Shown here one piece after another: positions 54,433-64,000 of a stretch of 64,000 nt of DNA. The stretch lies in NCBI GenBank assembly GCA_002269645.1, contig NIVC01000230.1:434001-498000 (forward strand), in the 5' to 3' direction. Position numbers and translations under genes: made by a program. This DNA comes from Macrostomum lignano. Lineage: Eukaryota. Within the stretch, counting starts at the first letter, position 1. Each line of letters begins with the position of its first letter. The notes under the pieces were generated by a model that was not told the DNA's origin, searched no databases, and saw only the letters and a program-made list of their open reading frames with translations.

Positions 54433-56154
54433 ACGGGCGAGACGATTAACCCAATTCCTTCGAGTATCAGATCGCTGGTCCGTGAAATATTACTCGTTAG
54501 TAATAAGTATCGTGCTGGGTTTAACAATTAACAACGTCAAGTTTAATAAATTTAAGACCTTCTACCTTTGGTGTAGCAACGGTGGGATTTGGTTTCCAAG
54601 CCGTCAAGCCTGTTTAATTTTAAGCCTTTTACAATCGGTGGAATCAGCGTTGGGATTTAATTGTGACGCTTTAATAAATTTTTAACCCTTTACACATGTG
54701 CATGTGTTATGTATTTAAGTTTGTGCCAAGGAACACTGTATATAACAGTTATATACAGTGGTCCTTGGTTATTGCACTACCAAATGATGTACATGCTGTA
54801 CGTCTGTCAGTTTGATCTTGTACATTATACTTTTACAGGGACACGTACAGCATTCTCCATTTGTCATACATTTAGATTCGCGAGTGCATTTTGATTGGTC
54901 GGCGGACGTCTCGTCTCGGAAGGTTGTACGAGTACTACAGAGTTGCTGCAAATCTGACTTACAAGATTGCTTGATTATTTTATGGCTACAATATAATATT
55001 GTATTTCTTCCAGCGAAAGACAGTGCATGCATGTTGAATCATAGCTAGTCTGTGAGGACAGTCTGCTGGTGGCCCCTGAATCGACTGAAAAAAAGCAGCT
55101 GCATCCTTTACGCCCAGTTTCCTTCTCCAAAACTACATGTACATGTATAGTGGAGTTGTGGCACGGCCGGATGTGCCAGGAAATTGAATGAGGGCCTATT
55201 AAGGATAGACAGCTCGGTTGGGACTAGACCTGGGCGTGGAAACTGCAGTGCAATAGAGTCACCCTAGTTTGGACATTGTTAAGCAATTCGGAATTCAATT
55301 ACACTTTGCCTTTCATTCCTTTCAATTCTACCCTAATTCGCGGACGCGGAGAGCGCAACCCCTGGTGGTCAGCCTTCAAAGAGTCTCAGAGAGTACGCGG
55401 TTCACCCCAAATCTCTCGCCCTTCTTAAGTTCAGTTGCTCAACTGCGGTGCATTGCTTGTGATAAAAATATTCATTGGCTATGATCTAATAATTATTTAT
55501 TCTCTTTGCACAGTACACTCAGAAATGCGGGGGCTTCTTGCCTTTGCTTTTCATAAATGCCTTCAGCTCGTTGCGTTGCTATTGTTGTCAGTTTCGCTCG
55601 TAAGCTGCATAATGCAGTACTTTTCCACCCCACCGAAGCACCAGCTGCTTCTGTGGAGTTGGGGTGGGCAGGCGCGTACAGAACGTCGTCATTAAGGTAC
55701 AAAGTGCTACAATGTAGTACGGATCTTCGTTTAATATTGTGCATATTTGCATATTCATGCTAGCTCGTATGCACTTGTAAGCCGACGTAGGGTGGGAGAG
55801 ACCTGTGGACATAGCTATAGCAAGCAAAATTCATTTCGTCATGCAGCAGGATGCAGAATAAAATAAAATCTTATCTCGTTGTGTCCATCAAGCTAAAACA
55901 TCGAGCACTGGCAGTGCTTATCGAGTCGTTTATTTGATTAGTCCTGCACAGTCATAATCGCTTTTGTTTTTGGAAAGTAGCAAATTTGATTTTTCAAGAG
56001 TTTGGTAAGTATCGTTAATAAATTTTACTGCGTGTTGTCGTACTTTGTGTCTGCAACGTTACTAATACGCCAATTACTTCGCCTGAGTCAGCAGTTCCTC
56101 TCAATTCTTGATCACAGGAGCGAACAAAGGAACTCAGGTCCCATAGCCGTCTGA

Positions 56155-59100
56155 ATGATAAGCGCCAGAGACCAAAATCAGCGGGAAGGAGACAATGACT
56201 CAATTTCTTTTGAAGTGGCTCGCAGTCTCATAGATTGGATAACCCGAAGTCAAGACGGAGAATACATCAACACCACCTTTTTAAACAATATTAGGAAAAA
56301 GTTGGAAGCCAACCCAGGAATAGTGAACAAACCCGTGAACCACCTGGGCTGGACAATGCTAATTCTTGCTGCCAGGTACAACAAGACAGAGGCTGGGAAG
56401 TTAATACTCGAGTTTGGCGGCGATCCCACTTACTTAGCCGAGGATCTTGGCTTATTGAGCAGGTGCAAAAGAGAGTTTCGTAAAATGCTAATTGAATTCT
56501 TATATGAGGAGGATGCTGCTGGCGAATTCAATAAATTCAAGTTTCTCACCGCTTGCTGGATGGGTGACGCAGAAGTTGTTCGGCATCAGTCAGCTCTAGA
56601 AGGCTTCATTGTCAAGGACGTAGTCAACTCGCAAGGCTGCAACTCTTTCCAGCTGCTGTTTCTTGGGCTGCAGCAGATGTCGAGGCGCAAAATGAAAGAA
56701 GAGCTGCGCTGCTACAGCCCGAAGCAGGTTCTGGAGGTCCTGATGGAGCACTGGTCGGATTTTGACTTTCAGATGGTGATGAGAAAAGGGGATGGCTTTA
56801 CAGCTCTCCATCTCCTGTCTTCATGCTACTACAGCACTGAGGAGATTGCAGACATGGCCGACTTGGTTCGCCGAAAAGTTGCAAGTGTGAACAAGATTGA
56901 CAGGTATGGCAGAACACCTTTGCACACGCTTTACCTGTGCCAACGGTACATCGTCAAGGTTGAGCAAAGCGGCAAATTGCAGGCGATGCTGCTGAATAGC
57001 GGCACCGATCCTCGAATTAGGGACAGTTTTGGGAAAACCCCGATTCAGTATCTGCAGGAGAACTGCAGAGCGAATGCCATTGAAACCGTGCCCGCAAAAA
57101 AACTTATCGAGTCGGCTATTAGCGAATGCACAAGGAAAGGTACGGTCCTCGGCAGAGGAGTTTCTGCGCACGTTTGTTCAATCATTGAGAAAGCTTTACA
57201 CGTACGAACGTGTCTCTCCTCTCTTCTTTCGCCTTCTTCTCTCCTCTCCTCCCACCCTCTCGTTTCTCCCCATCTCTTCCCCCCTCTCCTCTTCCCCCTC
57301 TTCCCTCTCCTCTCCTCTCTCCCTCTCTCTTCTCTCCACTCTCCTCTCGTATTCCCTCTCCTTTCTTCTCTCATCTGGCCCGCGCCATTAGCTGGTTTCA
57401 TCATTTGGCCAAAAAAATTGACCCGTGACCAAAAAAACAGGTAAAAAAATCAGCCAACCCCTGTTGTAAGCAATGACGAAGTGTAGTGCATTTGTATGTC
57501 CCGATTTTCCCACTTCAAGACACTGCTTCTTACTGGTTAATTGTCTACTGTTAAAGCTTAGTATTCGGTTTTTAATTGCTAAAGTTATCGTATCCAGAGA
57601 GGCATTTTATAGGAACACAGTTTTGTCCTTATAGCAGTCAAAACTGTTCCTATCAGTTTTTTCAGTTCCTAATTATTTTGCATCATAAAAAATTCTACCA
57701 AAAACGTTGCTTTCATCTTTTCATTGACAGCTAAGAAACTCGATAGAGCTAAAATACCGGTGCCGCAGCCTGTCTGTAAGTGGTGGCATTTTAGATATTT
57801 TTCACCAATACCGTGATGATGTTCAGTGCACAAGTGATCATATGAAATCAGTGAGTAAAATAAGAGTGTACTAATCAAGAAGCTAGGGTTTGGGTTAGGC
57901 CAGGGCTCTCAAGAGTAATAAAGGGTAATAGCTGAGATATCGGGGGGAGTTTCTGAGATGACATGGCTCAAGAGGGAGTTGCTGAGATGCCATAGAGCTC
58001 AAGAGGGAGTTGCTGAGATGCCATAGAGCTCAAGAGGGAGTTGCTGAGATGCCATAGAGCTCAAGAGGGAGTTGCTGAGATGCCATAGAGCTCAAGAGTG
58101 AGTTGCTCTGAGATGCCATAGAGCTCAAGAGGGAGTTGCTGAGATGCCATAGAGCTCAAGAGGGAGTTGCTGAGATGCCATAGAGCTCAAGAGGGAGCTG
58201 CTGACTGAGATGCCATATAGAGCTCAAGAGGGAGTTTCTGAGATTCCATAGCCAGCGCCTCAGGTCTTAGCCTTCCAGATGACCTTTTCTCGATAAAAAC
58301 GTGTGAGATACATGTAATACTGGAGGCTTCATCGATTTGACAATTTCATAAATTGCAGCTTCTAGTCGATCGGCTCTCCAGCGACTCTCGTCTCGATCTG
58401 GCGGCCTGCAGCCTTCACCTGCCTCTGCAGGGCCTAGCAGGGGCAATCAAGAATCCGTAAACTCAACAGGAAACACTGAGAGCGGCAGAGAAAGCAGAAG
58501 CAGACGTGTAGCACCCAGGAGCAGTGAACCAAGAAGCAGAAACAGCAACGCAAAAAACGAAGGCTCGAGCGCGCATAGTTTTAGAAACGAAACTGAATTT
58601 AAAGGCAGAAATGGCAATGCCAAAGCAAGTAGCAGCAGAAACAGCGGTACAGTCAGCAAAGAAAGCAACGTCAGGAGTAGAAGCAGCAGCAGCGGAAGGA
58701 GCAACAGCAGCACAAGCAGCAGCAGCGAAGACGGAAAATGCAAGGAAAAAACAAAGAAAACTAGCAGCGGTAGAAAACGCAGAAACAGTGAAAGCGAGCA
58801 CCCGAACGGCAGAAACACAAGTGAGTCTGAAGACAACGAATAGTAAAATGGTCAATGGGTTAATTTGAGAGTTGCTGAGATGTCATGGGTCAATTGGAGA
58901 ATTGCTGGGATTTCATGGGTCAATTGGAGAGTTGCTGAAATGCCATGGTTGGCACCCCTGGTGCTGGTACGCCTGATAGATTTTTGATTTTTGCTGTTTT
59001 TGGTACAAAAATGTAGGATAATAGTATAGAGGCTTAACCGATGTCAAACTGTCGTAACTTGCAGCTTCAAGTCAATCGGCTCGCCAGAGATCGCCGCCCT

Positions 59101-62100
59101 CGTCTCAATCTGCTGGTGGCCTGCAGCCTCCGCCTGCCTCTGCAGGGCCTAGCAGGGAAAATCGAAAATCGGCCAACTCAACAAGTGCTGAGAGCGGCAG
59201 AGAAAGCAGAGGCAGACGTGTAGAACCAAGAAGCATTGGAACAGGAAGTAAAAGCAGCAACGCAAAAAACAAAGACTCGAGCGCGCATAGTTCAAGAAGC
59301 GTAACTGAAATCAATGGTAGCAATGTCGAAACCAAAGGAAGTAGCGGAATAAAAAATGTTAATAGCAAACAAATAAATTACAGAAGCAATAGAAGCAGAA
59401 GCAGAAGCAGGATCAGAAGCAGAAGCCGAAGTAGAAGCCTTAGCAGAAGTCTTAGCAGAAGCACAAGAAACGGCAGAAGCAGAAGTCGAAGCAACAGCTT
59501 TAGCAGCAGTAGAAGCAATAGCAGAAGCAGCAACAGAAACCGAATGAGAACCCGAAGCAGAAGCCTTAATCAAAGCAGGAGCAACAGCAGAAGCAGAAGT
59601 CGAAGCAGAAGCCTTAGCCGAAGCAGGAGCAGCATCAGAAGTAGAAGTCCAAGCAGAAGCTTTAGTAGAAGTAGCGAAAACAACAGCAGCAGAAACAGCA
59701 GCAAAAGCAGCAGCAGAAGCAATCACAGAAGCAATAGTATAAGCAGCAAAGAAAGCAACGCCAGGAGTAGAAGCAGCAACAGCAGTGCAAGTAGCGCAAG
59801 CAGCAGCAGCGAAGAGGGAACACGGAAACCAAAAAGATATAAAATCAGCGACAGTAGAAAAAGCAGAAACAGTGAAAGCGACCACCGGAACGGAAGCAAC
59901 AGAGGTGAGTCTATAAAGACAATCCATTGTAAAAACCTACTTTATTATAAATTTCTTCTGAATAAAAGACAAAGTATTTGAAACCTTGGATGCTAAGTTT
60001 CTTAGAAAACTTGCTGAGGTCCTTTCTCGGAAAGCTAACGATACCATTACCTAAAAGTAGCTTGCTCTGACCATGCATCTGAATCTGTAGAACTGTACTA
60101 TCTATCTATTAAACTACTAGGCTTGGGCTACTTGAATACAAAACGGTTTCGGTAACCGTTTTCTATATTTGTGTCCGATCATTCACTTGCAGACGCTTCT
60201 GGGACCAGCAGAAGAGTTCCTGATAGTTCAACTGGCTTGGATTCCACCAGGTACTTAATTATCGAATGCTCTGCTTCTAATCGGAATTCGGCAGTTGCAT
60301 ACTAACTCGATATACCTTCTCCTTCTGCTAACATCAATAATCTTTGTTTGGATTTTTCTAGGTCGGAATTTTCAAGCAATCAAACAATCAGTATGTACAT
60401 TTTCCATTTTACAAAGCTCAATTTATTTGGATCTTTTATCGTATACCAACTGCTCATACGCAACTATCCTCATACCGGCTTCCTTTTCTCATTCCATCGT
60501 TTTCAGGCGTATACTCGCAGCCCAAGCTCATTCAGAAGGAAACGAAAACAATAAAAGTCGTACAAAGAAACCCGCCAAGCGGAACTTTGACAATTTTAAA
60601 AGCCGAACCAGGTGATTACATCGATATTCTTCTGAAAAGATTTCCTTTTCAGACCGTGCAGAGAATTTTCAATAATTCCTTTTGCTGGCTTTGTAACCGA
60701 AATTTCAGGAACCAGAAGCAATAATGGGGTTTCTGACGCTACAGGGTGAGCAATATCGGAATTCAAGTGCATTGAGTCATTTAAATAGAAACATTAATGT
60801 AGAATGATGGGGCATGAGCAGCTCGGAGGTATAAAAGCGTTTTGAATCGGGCTCACGACCCTTGGTTCGATTCATTTGAGCTTGTGTGCACGGTAACTGA
60901 CTGACTGACTGAACTGCCTGCGAGTTCTAAGAAATCACTCTGGCTCCTGCGCCCCGCCACAGGTTGCAAACCTCGCGTGAACCGCCAAGCAGTCGACGTT
61001 TTAGCGGTCAAAGAGGTCGTCGGCCAACTTCAGCCGAAAGATTGCCGGTAGAAGGAGACCAGAATCCAACAAAGCCAAGGAATGCACCATCCGGACGGTT
61101 GCACGGAATGCATCCGGGCAATAATCCTAAGCGAGGTATTAGCATATTTTAATTGCTAATGCATTTGCTACTTAGATCTTTGACTTTAGAGATGCAAGAC
61201 AGAAAATATAAGTCTGCCTGCAAAAATACACTAAGTTGATCGAAAATCTCAATACCAAATGAAGCGGCGCCACCTCAGATGGAATGGCACTCACCCAAAT
61301 GAAGTGGCATCACCTCAGATGGAATGGCACTCACCCAAATGAAGTGGCATCACCTCAGATGGAATGGCACTCACCCAAATGAAGTGGCGTCACCTCAGAT
61401 GGAATGGCACTCACCCAAATGAAGTGGCGTCACCTCAGATGGAATGAGACTCACCCAAATGAAGTGGCGTCACATCAGATGGAATAGCACTCACCAAAAT
61501 GAAGTGGCATCACATCAGATGGGATGACACCCATTCAAATGAAGTGGCGTGTCAGATGGGATGACACACCCAAAGATGCATACCAAGCAACCAACACATT
61601 AATAAGACTGGCCTAGAACACGATGCGCCTTAGAATATCCGTACGCTAATCCAAAAACATCCTCCTATGCTCTCGGATACTCAGATCAGCGGACGGACAG
61701 CGACAGCGACTCGGACTCATCTCAGCTATCAGGTAAGCAAACGGACTCTTATAGGATCAGTTGCTCATGCGGAAATGCTCAAGTGAGGTTGGTTACTTTT
61801 TTCAGCGCTAAATATGAAATTATCCTGCTTTTTAAACTTCATAAAGTTAGTAGGCAACATTGCTTCATATTAATAGTCATATTTAACGGCTTTACCACGA
61901 TAGGTTAATTTGCAAATGGAAAGTTTTTTACGTTTAGTATGAAAATGCAAACAATATTTTAAAATTGAGTAAGGTCTAAAATTCAGACGCCAACATTTAC
62001 TCAAGCTTTATTTCTTTAAAACTTACAGTTGACAGCTACCGAATGGCTCCATCGGTTGATGCCGACCCTGACTTGGACTTGGATGGTTGGTACCGACGGT

Positions 62101-62893
62101 ACTGGCCATCCGACAGCGAGCTCGGTAGGTAGTCATGTGAACTGTAATTCTGGCCCGAGCACTGATGCAGCTCGAATGTTTTATACACCTGCGATAAAAT
62201 TTTCAGACTCCGATGCTGGCTTCGAGCGGGATGACACTCGATTATCCATGATCACAGCGGTTTTCGATGCCACAATGCAGATTATTCCAAATAGCAGGCC
62301 AGGTTGTTCATCTTTTATCACCATTCAACCATAAGCATTTGCCAGTGACCAATAGGTAGTCACCAAGGGCGTAGGTAGACTCTCTCTTCCCCCCCCCAAT
62401 ATTGGCTGAAAAAATATAGATATGGCGCTCTGTCCCACTAACTGGGACCCCCTCAGACTAACTGGCGCCCCCCTCGGACTAACTGGTACCCCTCAGACTA
62501 GATGGCGCCCCTCAAATGAAATGGCGCCCCCTAGCGCCATTTCTCCATTTTAAGCGCCATTTCAAGGAGCCTTAGACAGAAAAAATGAAACATGAGACAC
62601 TGCCAAAGCTCGTCAAGATGAAGCATTGACGCTCAAGTTATTTTAAATCCACTGCTCAATGCAGTTTCAGCAATGAGCCGTGTCAATGCGACAGTCGTTG
62701 CGAGTCCCGAGACGAACCCAGCCGCAGGCGCCTCAGGGACCGCTGAGCCGCAGCAAGAGATGCAGGAGCAAGGAGCCAGAATCAGAGGCCGAGACCTGGG
62801 CAGGCACGTTAGAGAGAAACATAACGCAGGTAGAGGGCAACGAGAGCAGAAACTCGAAAGTTTGTTACAGAAGCTGCCTCCGTTGACAAAAAG
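56155..62893 (+). CDS. Multi-exon ankyrin-repeat protein with duplicated Ser/Arg-rich exons, 3' partial; exons 56155-57139, 58359-58820, 59065-59904, 60193-60250, 60507-60611, 60963-61135, 61685-61732, 62029-62124, 62207-62302, 62671-62893
   Basis: Ankyrin motifs GWTMLILAAR, GFTALHLL, GRTPLH and GKTPIQY in exon 1; a phase-compatible GT-AG exon chain with no stops. Small downstream exons are less certain. Confidence 0.7.
57950..58250. repeat. 31-bp minisatellite GCTCAAGAGGGAGTTGCTGAGATGCCATAGA in ankyrin-gene intron 1; related sequence at 58870-58950
   Basis: Read directly. Confidence 0.9.
61255..61580. repeat. 40-bp minisatellite CCAAATGAAGTGGCATCACCTCAGATGGAATGGCACTCAC, intronic
   Basis: Period of 40 checked at 61255/61295. 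Confidence 0.9.
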
Positions 62894-63169
62894 GTAACTA
62901 CATCCAACATGAGGACAAAACGAAACTAAAAGATGACAAAATTAATGTAGTAGTTATTCGAATGCGTCATTTTAACTTCTCTTGATTCCCCCTAATATTT
63001 TACCATTTCTCTCCCCTTGGCCTCCCTCAACATGTTCTGATGTTTCTTACTCTTGACAATCATTTAAATACCTCCACTCCCATTTTCCTAATTTTTATGC
63101 TGGCACTTCACTTACATTTCCTTTTGATGCTCTTGCCATGACTCACAAAGAGGGTCAGCGATAGAGAGG

Positions 63170-63590
63170 TAGGGGAGAGGGGCAGTGGAGAGGGGCAGGG
63201 GAGAGGGGCAGGGGAGAGGGGCAGGGGAGAGGGGCAGGGGGAGAGGGGCAAGGGAAAGGGGCAGGGGGAGGGGTAGGGGAAAGGGGCAGGGGAGAGGGGC
63301 AGGGGAAAGGGGCAGGGGAGAGGGGCAGGGGAGAGGGGCAGGGGGAGAGGGGCAGGGGAGAGGGGCAGGGGAGAGGGGCAGGGGGAGAGGGGCAAGGGAA
63401 AGGGGCAGGGGGAGAGGGGCAGGGGAAAGGGGCAGGGGAGAGGGGCAGGGGAAAGGGGCAGGGGAGAGGGGCAGGGGGAAAGGGGCAGGGGGAAAGGGGC
63501 AGGGGAAAGGGGCAGGGGGAGAGGGGCAGGGGAAAGGGCAGGGGAGAGGGCAGGGGAGAGTGGCAGGGAGAGAGGAGCAGGGAAAGAGGG
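63170..63590. repeat. G-rich purine repeat (GGGGAGAGGGGCA)n, intronic
   Basis: Read directly. Confidence 0.92.
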
Positions 63591-64000
63591 CATAATTCCA
63601 ATTTATGGAGTGATTAAGACAGGCCTAGAAGAAGAAGACAGAAGTTCTACGCTTATGCTCGTTTATGCTCGTATTTACGTTAGAATTAGTTGATAGGCAG
63701 CGCTTTCACTGAACTTTAATTTGGATGTTACTTAATCGGCGAGCTGACAAAATCAGTAGCTACGAGATTAGTTTGAAGAACAAACAAAATTTACTTTTAT
63801 TTATTGTTTTTGGTATTGAAAGAGTAGCGAAGTGATGAACAAAATCGAAGTAGGAATGTTGTCGGACAACAGGGCACTAAGAACATATTGTTTTAAATAA
63901 AGTTTCAAAGTTAAGGAATTTAAACATTCGATCTTCAAGCTTGACTAGCAGTAATGCTTTTCGTTTATACTAGTAACCTTTCACGTTTCACATTCCATAG

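Noticed and set aside
57880-57905. Interstitial telomeric repeat (TAGGGTTTGGGTTAGG)
   Set aside because: Only 2-3 degenerate units; not distinguishable from chance.
60709-60745. Additional 37-nt exon of the ankyrin gene
   Set aside because: It has splice signals, but its phase is incompatible with the preceding exon and would introduce a stop.
62360-62570. Third hAT-like MITE (CAAGGGCGTAGG start, GGCGCCCC repeats)
   Set aside because: No matching right TIR or TSD could be found.

Overview
Eukaryotic (metazoan) genomic DNA: intron-rich genes with GC-rich coding exons, and introns filled with tandem repeats. The style suggests a free-living flatworm such as Macrostomum; this is inference, not a lookup. 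Genes reconstructed by hand from splice sites and protein motifs: a two-pore K+ channel (5' partial, with indel lesions), a secreted PAN-like + N-truncated fibrinogen-domain protein, PTEN (5 exons, 468 aa), tRNA-Ser(GCT), ECH1 (minus, PTS1 AKL), hnRNP L (minus, 6 exons, 4 RRMs) and a multi-exon ankyrin + Arg/Ser-rich gene running off the right end. Mobile DNA: a full-length 5.8-kb LOA/R1-group LINE (ORF1, APE-RT-RNase H, one 1-nt frameshift, 11-12 nt TSD) inserted inside a pure 36-bp tandem array, two MITEs with 8-bp TSDs, and a foldback family. Best leads: (i) the LINE in the 36-bp array; (ii) most introns over 300 nt carry their own private minisatellite, one being a ladder of AG|GT splice junctions; (iii) ECH1 has no ATG ahead of its mitochondrial presequence, in phase for a spliced-leader AUG, and sits downstream of HNRNPL as in human; (iv) sharply bounded CpG-depleted domains with direct CpG-decay footprints. 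No CRISPR or prokaryotic system is supported. Coordinates and counts were read by eye; repeat-array edges are approximate.
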